64,000 nucleotides of DNA from Desulfobulbaceae bacterium (GTDB taxonomy: Bacteria > Bacteroidota > Ignavibacteria > Kapaibacteriales > UBA2268): positions 94,317 to 158,316 of the forward strand of contig JAGXRP010000066.1 of the NCBI GenBank assembly GCA_018335795.1, read 5' to 3'. The position numbers were made by a program, and so were the translations under genes. Below the pieces are notes generated by a model. The model did not search any database. It worked only from the letters and a program-made list of their open reading frames with translations, and was not told the DNA's origin. This document shows, piece after piece, positions 29,594-41,145 of this stretch. Position 1 is the stretch's first letter; every line of letters begins with the position of its first letter.

Positions 29594-31567
29594 ATGCACG
29601 ATACAAGTTTGATATTAGACTTATTGATTGTATTCACGCTTTCGATAGCCGTTGTTTACATCTTCAATAGAATCAAAATTCCACCTATAGTTGGTTTTTT
29701 GCTGACAGGATTATTAATTGGTCCAAACGGTTTTCATCTGATAGGAATGGAAGCTGAAGTTGAAGTATTCGCCGAAATAGGCGTTATTCTGATTTTGTTT
29801 TCGATTGGTATTGATTTTTCGGTAAGTAAGTTGCTCAATATGAAGCGTTTAATCATAGTAGGCGGTTCATTGCAAGTTCTATCAACAATTGCTGTGATTG
29901 CCTTATTAAGCTATGGAATCGGCTTCGAAGTAAATATAGCTATTTTCTTTGGTTTCCTTGTTGCACTTAGCTCCACAGCAATAATACTAAAGTTGCTGAT
30001 TACAAATGGCGCACTCGATACCCCACAAGGGAAAATTTCACTTGGCATTCTTATTTTCCAAGACATTATAATACTGCCAATGTTTTTGGTCACTCCTTTG
30101 TTGGCAGGTCAATCTGATAATATCGTTGTTTCAGTGACATTACTTATTGCGAAAATAGTAGGAATTTTAGCTTTCCTATATGTTTCAATCCAATTTGTAA
30201 TGCCAAAGCTAATATTTGCTGTCGCCAAAACTCGCATTAAAGAGCTCTTCTTTTTCATCATCATTTTAATCGCACTCGTAGTTGTTTGGCTGTCCTCCGT
30301 ACTTGGTATCTCGCTCGCACTTGGTGCATTTCTCGCTGGATTGATAATCTCCGAATCCGATTATAGCCACGAAGCACTCAGCTTTGTAGAACCAATGCGA
30401 GATGTATTCGGTTCTATTTTCTTCATATCTATAGGAATGCTGTTCGACGTTAGTCTCGTAATAGCCAATTGGCATATTATAATAATTGCCACCTTAGTTG
30501 TATTACTCGTCAAATTCATCAGCATCAGTTTTGCCGTTTTTGTACTCGGATACCCGGTAAGAATTATAATACTCGTAAGTCTTATGTTGGCTCAAATTGG
30601 GGAGTTTTCATTCGTACTATCCAAAATTGGCTTGGATAGTGGAATTATTGATTTCGATATTTATAGCAAAGTAATCGCTGTCGCTGTAATCAGTATGCTC
30701 TTTACGCCACTATATTTTGAATTAGCACCGAGATTGGTGTCAACAATTGGTTATGCTAAAATATTTCGTAATTATAATAGGCGAGCAAATAACGAAAGTG
30801 AAAAACCTAAGAAACTTAAAAACCATATGATTATTGTCGGATTTGGACTTAACGGACGAAATCTTACCAAAGCAGCCACAATTGCAGGACTCGAATATAT
30901 CGTACTCGAGATGAACCCAATAACAGTCAAAAACGAAAAACAAAAAGGAGAACCAATTTACTTCGGCGATGCCTCAAACGAAGCCATCCTTGAATTTGCC
31001 TCGGTCAAAAAAGCAAAAATATTGGTCATCGCGATTTCCGACCCAACATCAACTCGCGCCATAATTGCACAAGCTAAAAATATCAACCCCGACCTTTACA
31101 TAATTGCCCGCACCCGTTTCGTCCAAGAAGTTCAAGCCCTATACACATTAGGCGCTGATGAAGTAATTCCCGAAGAATTTGAAACATCAATCGAAATTTT
31201 TACACGCGTGCTGACCAAATATTTGATACCGCGTCAGGAAATCGAACGCCTTGTGAATGACATCCGCTCCGACGGCTACGATATGCTCCGCTCAATCAGC
31301 CGCCGAGCAAACTATACCGATATTTCACACCACATACCCCATTTCGATGTATGTTCAATCCGCATCACTGACAAACACCATTTTATCGGCAAGTCACTAA
31401 ACGAATTAAAAATCCGCAACCGCTACGAACTCACCGTTTTAGCCGTCAAACGTGGCAATGACTACATCGCAAACCCCAAAGCCGACCTCGTAATCACAAA
31501 CGAGGACATTCTAATCACATGGGGCGAACGGAAGCAAATCACCGAATTCAACATGGATATGGAGTAG
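29594..31567 (+). CDS. CPA2-family monovalent cation:proton (K+/H+) antiporter with C-terminal TrkA-N/TrkA-C (RCK) domains (KefB/KefC-like)
   Basis: About 12 predicted TM helices with Na+/H+-exchanger-like motifs. A Rossmann segment (IIVGFGLNGRNLTK) and a C-terminal RCK_C-like segment follow. 657 aa. Confidence 0.8.
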   Translation: MHDTSLILDLLIVFTLSIAVVYIFNRIKIPPIVGFLLTGLLIGPNGFHLIGMEAEVEVFAEIGVILILFSIGIDFSVSKLLNMKRLIIVGGSLQVLSTIAVIALLSYGIGFEVNIAIFFGFLVALSSTAIILKLLITNGALDTPQGKISLGILIFQDIIILPMFLVTPLLAGQSDNIVVSVTLLIAKIVGILAFLYVSIQFVMPKLIFAVAKTRIKELFFFIIILIALVVVWLSSVLGISLALGAFLAGLIISESDYSHEALSFVEPMRDVFGSIFFISIGMLFDVSLVIANWHIIIIATLVVLLVKFISISFAVFVLGYPVRIIILVSLMLAQIGEFSFVLSKIGLDSGIIDFDIYSKVIAVAVISMLFTPLYFELAPRLVSTIGYAKIFRNYNRRANNESEKPKKLKNHMIIVGFGLNGRNLTKAATIAGLEYIVLEMNPITVKNEKQKGEPIYFGDASNEAILEFASVKKAKILVIAISDPTSTRAIIAQAKNINPDLYIIARTRFVQEVQALYTLGADEVIPEEFETSIEIFTRVLTKYLIPRQEIERLVNDIRSDGYDMLRSISRRANYTDISHHIPHFDVCSIRITDKHHFIGKSLNELKIRNRYELTVLAVKRGNDYIANPKADLVITNEDILITWGERKQITEFNMDME

Positions 31568-31967
31568 GAAAATAAAATGAAGAGTTATGTCAATGAAAAT
31601 AGTAGTTAAATATGGAGATTATATGTTAGTAATTAGTGAAGTAATTCGCATTGCAAACAAGCATTTCGTGGATGCAATGAGCCTCAACGAAGGAAAAATA
31701 TCTATAAAAAGTATTTACTTGAAGAAATCTTTAACGATTCTTATCAGGATGTACCCCAATGCTGGTATTTGACATTTGGATATTCTGAGGTTGCTGATGA
31801 TAGCAATCCTATAAGTTCCATACTTAAAAATTCCAATCCTCAGAGAAAGTACAAAACTATTATACTATCTCCTGATGGGATTTTTCAAGGGATGAAAATC
31901 CGAGAATCTGAATTTGCAGTTGTTGATGGTGGAACTTTTTAGAGTAAAGTGATGTAATATTAAGATT

Positions 31968-32420
31968 ATGAATACAAATTCGCAATTTGCTGACCATATT
32001 AATACCTTACTTTTGAAATACAAGTCAAAAGGACTTTTGATTGATAGTAATTTGTTATTCGTCTATTTTATAGGTACTTATAATGAAGCACTGTTATCAA
32101 AATTCCAACGGGTTAATCCTTATGGAAAAACTGGGTATAGAATATTATTTCAACTTATAAATTATTTTGATAAAATTATTGTAACACCACATATTCTGAC
32201 TGAAACCAGCAATTTGTCAACTAAATTAGATTCGAAATTTAAAGATTCTTACTTTCATAATTTCCTTTCAAAGTTAGAATTTTTCAAAGAAGAAAATATC
32301 CTGGTTTATGAGAATAGAGAAAATATTTTTAAATCAAAGGTAGTCATATTTGGTATAACTGATTCGATGATATATGTTCTCTCGCAGTTGTGCTGCATGA
32401 AAGGAGACCGATACAATTGA
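31968..32420 (+). CDS. Hypothetical protein, possibly a PIN-domain nuclease
   Basis: 150 aa. Acidic residues are spaced as in PIN domains (LLIDSNLL near the N-terminus, HILTETSNL mid, GITDSMIYVL near the C-terminus). The similarity is weak and no partner antitoxin gene is evident. Confidence 0.3.
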   Translation: MNTNSQFADHINTLLLKYKSKGLLIDSNLLFVYFIGTYNEALLSKFQRVNPYGKTGYRILFQLINYFDKIIVTPHILTETSNLSTKLDSKFKDSYFHNFLSKLEFFKEENILVYENRENIFKSKVVIFGITDSMIYVLSQLCCMKGDRYN

Positions 32421-32439
32421 CACATTTCGGATAATATAA

Positions 32440-33009
32440 ATGGCAGATTACGATAAATATTATGAGACTGAGGATTTATTTGGAGAACCATTTTCTGAGT
32501 TGATTGGGTATTTTAAACAATTCGAGCCAAAAGGTAATTTGATTGATTTAGGTTGTGGACAAGGCAGAGATTCGATTTCCTTGGCCAGACTTGGATACAA
32601 CGTAACAGGCATTGATAATTCCCAAGTCGGCATTGACCAAATGATTTCAATTTCAGAACGTGAAGGATTAAAATTAACTGGATTAGTAGGAGATGTTTAT
32701 GCGTTTGACAATTATCAGGATTTTGATATTGTGTTGCTTGACTCGATGCTCCATTTTGAGAAACGAGACCTAAAACGAGAAACTGACCTGATTGATAAAA
32801 TTGCAAAACGGATAAATAAAAACGGACTGATTTGCATTTGTATTCAAGATACAGGAAAAAAAGTGAAGATTCTTAAAGACACGATTGATAATTCGGGAAT
32901 TGATTACGAAGTATTAAATGATACTCCCTTGGTTTACAATTACGAGGATAAAGAGTCTGGATACAAATCAGAGACAAAATATTGCATGTATATTGTGAAA
33001 AAGAAATAA
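32440..33009 (+). CDS. Class I SAM-dependent methyltransferase, TehB-like
   Basis: Motif I (LIDLGCGQGRDSISLARLGYNVTGIDNS) and the downstream acidic-loop and motif-II pattern (FDIVLLDSMLHF) resemble tellurite-resistance TehB-type methyltransferases. 189 aa. Confidence 0.65.
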   Translation: MADYDKYYETEDLFGEPFSELIGYFKQFEPKGNLIDLGCGQGRDSISLARLGYNVTGIDNSQVGIDQMISISEREGLKLTGLVGDVYAFDNYQDFDIVLLDSMLHFEKRDLKRETDLIDKIAKRINKNGLICICIQDTGKKVKILKDTIDNSGIDYEVLNDTPLVYNYEDKESGYKSETKYCMYIVKKK

Positions 33010-33326
33010 AATGCAAGACAGCACAACACTCGATTTAACAAATTGCCGAGTCACTAGGTTATTCAAGGGTTTCAGCCTGTTTGGACTTTTTGTTTAGCTT
33101 GATTTGTTATCGCATTCAATCAGCAACTTTTCATACCGCTATCCGAAGAGTGAATTTTTGGTACTTACAGATGATTTTCCCTTAGCAGGTTTTTTAAACT
33201 CAAAATCAATTGATGTTATTAATTTTAACAATCTAATTGGTAATGCTGCATTGATATAATTGAAATAACATGCACACATACCCGAAAATCATTGACGCTA
33301 AAGCAAAATCACCTTATGTGATTTAG

Positions 33327-33521
33327 GTGCTGTTTGATAACCCAATCACCAAAATCTACGACTTCGAACCATTGCTGAGTGATGCTAATTTCCGAATCTT
33401 GAATGAGTTAAATGTTTTCAAAAACTTCTCGATTTCAGCCGGTGGCTACGGTTTGGAGTGGGTCGAAGATTTAGACATCAGCGAATCCGAACTTTGGGTG
33501 AATGGTATTGATGCAAAGTAA
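33327..33521 (+). pseudogene. DUF2442-like fragment (N-terminally truncated)
   Basis: The 64-aa ORF starts with GTG directly after an in-frame TAG. The sequence FEPLLSDANFRILNELNVFKNFSISAGGYGLEWVEDLDISESELWVNG resembles the C-terminal two-thirds of DUF2442. The N-terminal strand region is absent. Confidence 0.3.
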
Positions 33522-33605
33522 TTCAGCACCCTCATTGTATTATTTATATGAAGGTGCAAAATTTTGATGTAAGTTTTTTAAAGCATTTGCTTAGAAATAC
33601 CCCTC

Positions 33606-34319
33606 CTATATCACAGCTTCTCCAAAATCATCTAATGCGGCTAGTCCGTTTCTGGCTTTTACGTCGTTGGGGTCTAATTCCAATGCTTTGCGATATGCTA
33701 TCCGAGCGTCATATTTTTTGTTCAAATTCAAATAAGCATCACCAAGTAAAGCACATGCTGATGGGCTTTCGGGGTTGTTGTCAACAACGTTTTTCAGAGC
33801 TTTTACTGCTTCTTCGTAAAATCCCATCCGTAAACATACCACTCCTAGATGAAAATATGCGATGAGAAATTTTGGCTGGACTTTGGTGACGTGCGTGAAA
33901 AATTCTCTTGCTTCGGATAAATGTCCGCAATGATAGCTTAAGATGCCCGACCAATAATGTGCAATCAGGAAATTTTTGTCTAATTCGATACATTTTGCCA
34001 ATGAGCGTAAGCCTTTTTTCAAGCTACCCATCCGATAATAGCCCAATCCTAGTTCAAAGTATATAGTTGGAAAATTCGGCAATAAATCGGCTCCTTTTTC
34101 AAGGTAATGAACGGATTGCTCGATGTCACCGAGTCTGTATAAAGCGTTACCAATGTGCTTGTAAACTATTCCCAAGTTGGGATTGCGTTCCAATGCTTTT
34201 TTGTAATGCTCGATTGCGTCGAGATATTGGCCTTGAGTTTCGTGTTGGTACGCTTCTAAAATATCGGGGTCATCCGAATCAAAGCTTATATTAAGTCTAT
34301 TCAAATCATTCATGTTCAA
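33606..34319 (-). CDS. Tetratricopeptide-repeat (TPR) protein
   Basis: Successive 34-aa TPR units with the W/LG/Y-A-F-A-P pattern (AYQHETQGQYLDAIEHYKKALERNPN; YKHIGNALYRLGDIEQSVHYLEKGADLLPN ...). Confidence 0.75.
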   Translation of the reverse strand: MNMNDLNRLNISFDSDDPDILEAYQHETQGQYLDAIEHYKKALERNPNLGIVYKHIGNALYRLGDIEQSVHYLEKGADLLPNFPTIYFELGLGYYRMGSLKKGLRSLAKCIELDKNFLIAHYWSGILSYHCGHLSEAREFFTHVTKVQPKFLIAYFHLGVVCLRMGFYEEAVKALKNVVDNNPESPSACALLGDAYLNLNKKYDARIAYRKALELDPNDVKARNGLAALDDFGEAVI

Positions 34320-34388
34320 TTTCTTTATTTTTAAAAAATCAAATTTACGATATTTTCTGACAATGACAAATTGCTACAATCATATTTC

Positions 34389-35273
34389 TTAAAATTTATT
34401 GGCAACCGGCACATCGTTTCCACCACCATAAAGGTAAAATCCGTTTCCGGTCTTGCGTCCGTAATGTCCGGCGGCTACAACTTTCTTCAGTAATGGGCAT
34501 GGGCGATATTTCGGGTCGCCGAGGTCGTTATGGAGCACTTCCAATATTGCCAAACATGTATCCAAACCGATTAAATCTGCCAACGCGAGTGGTCCCATTG
34601 GGTGTGCGAAGCCTAATTTTGCGACTTCGTCAATTGCATCTACTGTGCCGACATTTTCCATCAATGCAAAGATTGCTTCGTTTATGAATGGCAAAAGTAT
34701 TCGGTTAGAAATGAAACCAGGATAATCGTTTGCGGTAACAGGTGTTTTGCCTAACTTCTTGCAAAGTTCGACTGTTGCATTATAGACTTCGTCGCCGGTG
34801 ATCAGACCACGAATTACTTCGACGAGCTTCATCATTGGGACAGGATTCATGAAGTGCATGCCGATAACTTGAGCGGGTCGCTTTGTCCGAGCAGCAATTT
34901 CTGTTATAGAAATGGTCGAAGTATTTGAAGCAAGTATAGCTTCGGGCTTGGCAATTGAGTCGAGTTCGGTAAATATTTTGAATTTTAACTCTTTGTTTTC
35001 TGTAGCAGCTTCGATTATTATATCAGCATCTGCACAGACGGACATTTCGGTTGTTGTAAAGATATTTGCCAAAGTAGCATCCATTTGCTCTTGAGAGATT
35101 TTCTCTTTCTTTACTTGGCGGTCTAAATTTTTGCTGATAGTGCCAATTCCACGCTCGATAGCTTTGTCATTAATATCGAATAATGTAACTTTGTAGTTTG
35201 AAAGTGCAAAAACGTGAGCAATTCCGTTGCCCATTGTTCCGGCGCCGATGACGGCAATTTTGTTGAATTCCAT
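34389..35273 (-). CDS. hbd: 3-hydroxybutyryl-CoA (3-hydroxyacyl-CoA) dehydrogenase
   Basis: NAD-binding start ([21 protein letters not shown]) followed by the 3HCDH_N and 3HCDH C-domain pattern. The likely start is the internal Met, 10 codons into the tool ORF (34389..35303). Confidence 0.85.
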   Translation of the reverse strand: MEFNKIAVIGAGTMGNGIAHVFALSNYKVTLFDINDKAIERGIGTISKNLDRQVKKEKISQEQMDATLANIFTTTEMSVCADADIIIEAATENKELKFKIFTELDSIAKPEAILASNTSTISITEIAARTKRPAQVIGMHFMNPVPMMKLVEVIRGLITGDEVYNATVELCKKLGKTPVTANDYPGFISNRILLPFINEAIFALMENVGTVDAIDEVAKLGFAHPMGPLALADLIGLDTCLAILEVLHNDLGDPKYRPCPLLKKVVAAGHYGRKTGNGFYLYGGGNDVPVANKF

Positions 35274-35304
35274 GAGTGTACTCCCTAATGATAAATGAAT
35301 CAAA

Positions 35305-37560
35305 TTACTTAATTTTTATGATACGAAATGCTTTATTTTTTGTTTGATTGCTAATCAATACTTTATAAACGCCTTGAGGCAACTCTGAAGCATCAAAATT
35401 CAATTTGCCTGAATTCCCTATTTCGCGTTTGATTTCGCGCCCATGTATGTCGAATAATGTAAAATCGAAATTGTTTGAAAATTCGAGCCCCGGTTCGAAA
35501 TTGAAATTATCTGTGAATGGATTGGGATAAATTAAATTTTCAATTCTTACATTTCTCAGTGTGTCAGTTTTAAATCTTGGAATAGCAATTACTGTTATTG
35601 AAAGTTTTGGGAATTCATAAAATCTTGAAATAGTTTTCTTGCTAATTTTCGGGACAATATTGTGTGGATTGTAAATATCATTAACGTCAAGATAATGCTC
35701 AGAACTGATTTCGTAAATAGTCCCTACTTTACCAAAAAAAATTTCATCTAAATCAAGTTCAGTATTAACGGATTCGAATGGGTGTGTGTTGACAACTGTC
35801 AGATACAATGTATCACCTTTTGATGATGCTATTGTATTGAGCCAAGGAGCACCATAAATCTGAAGTAGGCCTTTGATTTCACGCGTAATATTTTTTTCAA
35901 CATCAATATGCACCGGGTAAATTCGGCTACCGGTTGTATTACTCAATAGTTTGATTGCCTGATAACCGACATTTCCCCAAATGATACGTCGCTTTGTTAT
36001 AGGATGCTCTCCGGATTTGAAAAATGAAATTGCAAATGTTCTTTCAGCAAACTTAATCATCTCAGGGTACCTGATATGTGATATTTGAGCATTTGCATCC
36101 CATAATCCTTCTTCCATAGTTAATGAACGCCAATTTGTATCCAATATCCAAGAACCTTGTTGGTCGTATGCGAAAAACCATTCAGTTGAAGCGGGTTGAA
36201 CTTCTGGCAATAAATTTGCATCTGAAAGCCATCCGTACACAGTCCTAAAATAATGGTCAAAATAAGTCCATCCTCCGACAATGCTAAAATAAAGTTCTAA
36301 GTCAGTGTGTTCTTCGATTGTATATCCACCTTGAGCCGGATGGTAACCATAATAGTCAACATTCGTTTTTATAGTATCCATTAAACTTTTGAAATAATCA
36401 ATTCCATTCCAAACATCGGCAGCTAAAATTAATTTAATCGTGCTATCCGATTTTAGCATTTCACGTCGGAAATCGAAATATTCAAGAGCGTATTTCTTAG
36501 GACTGAACCATTGTTCATTGCCAATTTCCCAATATTTTACATTGAATGGTTCTATATATCCATGCTCCATTCTTAATTTTCCGAAATAAGTATTTGTATC
36601 ACCATTGCAATATTCGACCCACCCGGCAGCAAGTTCGGGCGTTCCGTGTTCATAATTTGCTGTTATATGTGGCTCGGTATTAATTAATTTACAGAAATTT
36701 AAAAATTCGACAGTACCAAAATCAAGTCTATGAGATAACCTATAAGGCGAAGCGTCATGGTTTGGGGATTGTCTTTTGTCTATATCTCCAACGCCATTAT
36801 GCCAAAACGATGCATACGAATCTGCAAATGCCCCTCCCGGATAGCGCAAAATACCCATGTCCCAATCTTTTAGTAAATCATAATACTCTCGTCGCACTCC
36901 TAAAACATTATTCATCGGCATACAAGAGGATTCGTCCAAATCAATTTCACCTGTTCCATTCAAGCCAAGAACTAATGCCACCTTGTTTTGTCCCTCCAAC
37001 GGAGGTATTATTACTGTGTTTTTATACCATTCGTCGCTTAGAGCTTCAAATTTGTGTGAATAAATTATTTTTTCGAGCTCATCATCATAAATTCTAATTT
37101 CCATGTTGCCTTTTTCAACTTTGCCACGACTATAAAAATACAGTTCGAGACTCACGGTGTCGTCAACATAAATTTTTTGGTAAACTCCGGCAAAGTCATT
37201 TTCACTATTTTTGATTTTGACATAATTTTTGCCATTTTCGTTATAGCCACCATTAATAATCGAAATAACATTCGTTTCATTTTCACCGTATTTTATCCAA
37301 TCTTTCAACCAAGTTGAATCGAAAATTGTATTATCAAATCCGCGGTCAACTAATTCCTGCGACCAAAACCCAAATGGTCCATTCACAAAATCTCGAATAA
37401 ATTCTATAAAACCACCAAAATGTAAATTAGAAATCGTGTCCTTGCTCGGTTCATCAAGGTTGATACGTAGGTATGCTTCTTGTTGAGAATGTGCGACTGC
37501 TCCAAAACTTATTAGATTAATGACAATAATCGCTAAAAGAATATTATATTTGTGTTTCAT
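35305..37560 (-). CDS. Secreted clan GH-A glycoside hydrolase (GH51 alpha-L-arabinofuranosidase-like) with T9SS C-terminal sorting domain
   Basis: Signal peptide. An '[13 protein letters not shown]...[11 protein letters not shown]' N-terminal segment and a WEIGNEQW catalytic-acid motif are present. The C-terminal ~80 aa fit the T9SS CTD pattern ([13 protein letters not shown]...[22 protein letters not shown]). The family assignment is tentative. Confidence 0.5.
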   Translation of the reverse strand: MKHKYNILLAIIVINLISFGAVAHSQQEAYLRINLDEPSKDTISNLHFGGFIEFIRDFVNGPFGFWSQELVDRGFDNTIFDSTWLKDWIKYGENETNVISIINGGYNENGKNYVKIKNSENDFAGVYQKIYVDDTVSLELYFYSRGKVEKGNMEIRIYDDELEKIIYSHKFEALSDEWYKNTVIIPPLEGQNKVALVLGLNGTGEIDLDESSCMPMNNVLGVRREYYDLLKDWDMGILRYPGGAFADSYASFWHNGVGDIDKRQSPNHDASPYRLSHRLDFGTVEFLNFCKLINTEPHITANYEHGTPELAAGWVEYCNGDTNTYFGKLRMEHGYIEPFNVKYWEIGNEQWFSPKKYALEYFDFRREMLKSDSTIKLILAADVWNGIDYFKSLMDTIKTNVDYYGYHPAQGGYTIEEHTDLELYFSIVGGWTYFDHYFRTVYGWLSDANLLPEVQPASTEWFFAYDQQGSWILDTNWRSLTMEEGLWDANAQISHIRYPEMIKFAERTFAISFFKSGEHPITKRRIIWGNVGYQAIKLLSNTTGSRIYPVHIDVEKNITREIKGLLQIYGAPWLNTIASSKGDTLYLTVVNTHPFESVNTELDLDEIFFGKVGTIYEISSEHYLDVNDIYNPHNIVPKISKKTISRFYEFPKLSITVIAIPRFKTDTLRNVRIENLIYPNPFTDNFNFEPGLEFSNNFDFTLFDIHGREIKREIGNSGKLNFDASELPQGVYKVLISNQTKNKAFRIIKIK

Positions 37561-37639
37561 AAAATTATTATTTTTGAAAATTTTATATGTTCAAAGTTAA
37601 CGATAACAAGGTTAATTTCAAAGGGAAAAGGTCATTTTT

Positions 37640-38641
37640 ATGTCGTCGCTACAATATAAAGCATTTTATGTAGAAGAAGTTTCTCCAAATACATTTGTTA
37701 GAAGCATTATCGAATTGCCGATTAATAGTTTGCCCGATAACGAAGTTTTAATTAAAGTTCATTATTCTTCACTCAATTACAAAGATGCTCTTTCAGCAAA
37801 AGGGCACAAAGGTGTCTCTAAATTTTATCCGCATACTCCCGGTATTGATGCTGCAGGAGTAGTTGTTGAATCTAAAGTGCCCGAATTTTCAGCCGGTGAC
37901 GAAGTCATTGTAACAGGCTATGACTTGGGTATGAATACCCCGGGTGGATTCGGACAATACATCAAAGTTCCTGCTTCGTGGATTGTGAAAAAGCCCGAAA
38001 CTCTGACTTTAAAAGAATCTATGATACTTGGTACGGCAGGATTCACAGCGGGAATTTGCATCACCGAACTTCAAAATCATAATGTAATGCCCGGTATGGG
38101 CAAAGTGTTAGTAACAGGGGCAACGGGGGGCGTTGGTTCATTAGCTGTTTCGATATTAGCGAAAATCGGCTACGAAGTTGTTGCTTCAACAAGCAAATTG
38201 CATTACGAAGAATTTTTGCTCAAAATGGGTGCTACCGAAGTAGTCCGCAAAAATATGATTCTCGATTTGACGGCGCGTCCTCTACTTTCCGGGCAATGGC
38301 TCGGTGTAGTTGAAAATGTTGGTGGCGGAACATTGTCTTCGGTGATACGTTCTACTCAACAGCATGGATGTGTTTGTGTGGTTGGTAACGTCGGGGGAGA
38401 CGTACTCACAACTTCGGTTTATCCGTTCATATTACGCGGTGTTACTCTTTGTGGGATTGATTCTGCTTCACGTCCGATGAACTTAAGAACCAATATTTGG
38501 GATAAATTGGCAACTGATTGGAAAGTAGAACTGCCCCAATCATTTGTGAATGTCGTGAAATTAGATTCGCTATCTCGCGAAATTGATAAGATTCTAGACG
38601 GTAAACAAACCGGAAGAGTAGTCTTAGAGCATGACCACTAA
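37640..38641 (+). CDS. YhdH/YhfP-family MDR quinone oxidoreductase (acrylyl-CoA reductase AcuI-like)
   Basis: N-terminal sequence of the YhdH type (AFYVEE...LIKVHYSSLNYKDALSAKGHKGV ... VLVTGATGGVGSLAVSILAKIGYEVVASTSK). 333 aa. Confidence 0.8.
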   Translation: MSSLQYKAFYVEEVSPNTFVRSIIELPINSLPDNEVLIKVHYSSLNYKDALSAKGHKGVSKFYPHTPGIDAAGVVVESKVPEFSAGDEVIVTGYDLGMNTPGGFGQYIKVPASWIVKKPETLTLKESMILGTAGFTAGICITELQNHNVMPGMGKVLVTGATGGVGSLAVSILAKIGYEVVASTSKLHYEEFLLKMGATEVVRKNMILDLTARPLLSGQWLGVVENVGGGTLSSVIRSTQQHGCVCVVGNVGGDVLTTSVYPFILRGVTLCGIDSASRPMNLRTNIWDKLATDWKVELPQSFVNVVKLDSLSREIDKILDGKQTGRVVLEHDH

Positions 38642-38666
38642 TCCGGTCTATTTAATCTAAATAAAA

Positions 38667-39806
38667 TTATTTCAACAAACTTCTGGCGATAACCAATCTT
38701 TGGATTTCGCTTGTACCTTCGTATATTTCGGTGATTTTTGCATCGCGATAATAACGCTCGGCATTGAAATCTTCAGTATAGCCGAAGCCACCGTGTATTT
38801 GGATAGCTTTGTTTGCGCAAAACATAGCTGCTTCTGAAGCATCTAATTTTGCCATCGCTGCTTCACGGGAATAATCCATTCCCTCGTTTTTCATCTTGCT
38901 TGCTCGCCAAGTGAGCAACCAAGCGGCTTCGTAACGAACCCACATATCGGCTATCATCCATTGAATAGCTTGGAAGTTTGAAATTGGTTGGTCAAATTGG
39001 AAGCGTTCTTTAGAATATTTTATCGCATCTTCGATTGCTGCACGAGCTATTCCCAATGCCTGAGATGCAATACCAAGTCTGCCACCGTCCAAAGTCACCA
39101 TTGCAACTTTAAAGCCCTTGTTTAGTTCGCCCAAGAGTGCTTCTTTTGGTAATTCGACATTTTCTAAAATAATTTCGGCTGTGGACGATGATTTGATACC
39201 AAGTTTTCGCTCTAATTTGCCAACGTAGCAGCCCGGTGTTCCTTTTTCGATGATGAATGCAGAAATGCCTTTAACTTTTTGCGATGGGTCAGTAGAGGCA
39301 ATCAAGATGTAAACTTCAGCTTCGTTGCCATTTGTAGCCCATAGTTTTGCACCGTTCAAAATCCATTTGTCACCTTGCAAAACTGCAGTCGTTTTTGTCG
39401 CACCGGCATCCGAGCCAGCGCCTGATTCGCTGAGTGAAAAGGCACCGATTTTATTCCCTGAAAGCAAATCCGGCAAATACTTTTGCTTTTGTTCCTCAGT
39501 GCCAAAGCGATAAATCGGGTCGCAAACTAAGGAAGAATGGGCAGAAATAATCACGCCGGTCGAGGCACACCAACGTGATACTTCCTCTACTGCCAGCATA
39601 TACGAGATATAATCCATATCGGCGCCACCATAATCCGAAGGGTAAGCAATGCCCATCAAACCAAGTTCGCCTGCTTCCTTGATAATGTCAGCCGGAAATC
39701 TGTGATTGCGTTCATTGTCCGCCGCTACAGGTCCTATACGTTCTTTAGCAAATTTATGCACCATTTCTTTTAGCATTATTTGCTCTTCTGTCAACAAGTA
39801 ATTCAT
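38667..39806 (-). CDS. Acyl-CoA dehydrogenase (short-chain/butyryl-CoA dehydrogenase-like)
   Basis: ACAD N-terminal, middle and C-terminal signatures (GIAYPSDYGGADMDYISYMLAVEE ... FSLSESGAGSDAGATKTTA ... YYRDAKITEIYEGTSEIQRLVIAR). 379 aa. Confidence 0.85.
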   Translation of the reverse strand: MNYLLTEEQIMLKEMVHKFAKERIGPVAADNERNHRFPADIIKEAGELGLMGIAYPSDYGGADMDYISYMLAVEEVSRWCASTGVIISAHSSLVCDPIYRFGTEEQKQKYLPDLLSGNKIGAFSLSESGAGSDAGATKTTAVLQGDKWILNGAKLWATNGNEAEVYILIASTDPSQKVKGISAFIIEKGTPGCYVGKLERKLGIKSSSTAEIILENVELPKEALLGELNKGFKVAMVTLDGGRLGIASQALGIARAAIEDAIKYSKERFQFDQPISNFQAIQWMIADMWVRYEAAWLLTWRASKMKNEGMDYSREAAMAKLDASEAAMFCANKAIQIHGGFGYTEDFNAERYYRDAKITEIYEGTSEIQRLVIARSLLK

Positions 39807-39975
39807 ATAATCCTCTTTAGTAATAATTATTCTGAAATTTCATTTCCTAATTTTTTAAATATATCAAATCAAATCATCTTACCAAAACTTTAAATTCGAT
39901 TAAATGATTTTGTTCATAAATTTTAACAAAAAAGTATATCTTAAACGACATCATAAAGTATAAAAGAACTTATAT

Positions 39976-41061
39976 TTGAGAATGGAAAGAAAAATAATCC
40001 ATATAGACATGGATGCCTTTTTTGTGGCAGTAGAGCAACGCGACAACCCAAGTTTGCGTGGCAAACCCGTTGTGGTTGGCAGTCCTCACAAAAGAGGAGT
40101 TATTTCAGCTGCAAGCTACGAAGCTCGCAAATATGGAATATTTTCTGCTATGCCTTCTATCGTGGCTGCACGGAAATGCAAAGATTTGATTTTCGTTCCC
40201 GGGCGATTCCATGCTTATAAAGAAGCCTCAGAGCAAATCATGCAAGTATTTTATGAATATACAGACCAAGTTGAGCCACTTTCGCTCGACGAAGCATACC
40301 TTGATGTCACCACGAACAAAATGGACAATCCATCGGCTACTAATATTGCGAAGGAAATCAAAATCAGAATAAAAGAATCTACCGAACTTACTGCATCTGC
40401 CGGTGTGTCTTTCAATAAATTTTTGGCTAAAGTAGGGTCTGATTTCAACAAACCCGACGGATTGTGCGTAATTACTCCTGCAGCATCTACTAAATTCATA
40501 GAAGCATTGAAAATCGAAAAATTCCCGGGTGTTGGCAAAGTAAATGCCCGAAAATTACATGATTTAGGTATTTCTACCGGAAAAGATTTGAAAAAACTTA
40601 CTCAAGAATCATTAATAAATCAATTTGGCAAATTCGGCGAATATCTCTTCAACATGTCTCATGGGATTGACAATCGCGAAGTCATTGCCGAGCGAATTCG
40701 AAAATCTATCGGTGCCGAACGAACTTTCGGGGAAGACATTCTCGATGAAGCTAAATTACTCGAATCATTGAATCGCATTGCAGAAATCTTGGACAAAAGA
40801 ATAAAAAAATCGAATTCCTCCGGCAAAACTTTGACACTCAAAATCAAGTATTTCGATTTCGAGATTACGACTCGTTCCAAGACAGTTTTCTATCCAATTT
40901 CGGAAATTAACGAAGTTCTCGCACTTGCCCAAGAACTATTTTATACACCCAAAGCCCCGTTCAAAAGAGTGCGTTTGCTTGGATTATCATTATCAAATTT
41001 GGACAATAATGAAATCAATATTGGCGACCAACTTAAATTGAATTTTCATGAGCTATTATGA
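39976..41061 (+). CDS. dinB: DNA polymerase IV (Y-family translesion polymerase)
   Basis: IHIDMDAFFVAVEQRDNPSLRGKPVVVG ... LSLDEAYLDVT ... ASAGVSFNKFLAKVGSDFNKPDG, the canonical DinB motifs. 361 aa. Confidence 0.9.
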   Translation: MRMERKIIHIDMDAFFVAVEQRDNPSLRGKPVVVGSPHKRGVISAASYEARKYGIFSAMPSIVAARKCKDLIFVPGRFHAYKEASEQIMQVFYEYTDQVEPLSLDEAYLDVTTNKMDNPSATNIAKEIKIRIKESTELTASAGVSFNKFLAKVGSDFNKPDGLCVITPAASTKFIEALKIEKFPGVGKVNARKLHDLGISTGKDLKKLTQESLINQFGKFGEYLFNMSHGIDNREVIAERIRKSIGAERTFGEDILDEAKLLESLNRIAEILDKRIKKSNSSGKTLTLKIKYFDFEITTRSKTVFYPISEINEVLALAQELFYTPKAPFKRVRLLGLSLSNLDNNEINIGDQLKLNFHELL

Positions 41062-41145
41062 GTTGAAATTTGAACTCTAATGCTTTTTAAAATATACGAT
41101 ATTACAAATCGTACTTTTCAATAAGTGAATGAACAAAGGTGAAAT

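Noticed and set aside
31587-31772. 61-aa ORF downstream of the antiporter
   Set aside because: It has no motifs or RBS and sits in a long AT-rich spacer. It is likely spurious, although a small protein cannot be excluded.
33548-33865. 105-aa plus-strand ORF
   Set aside because: It is antisense within the TPR protein CDS.
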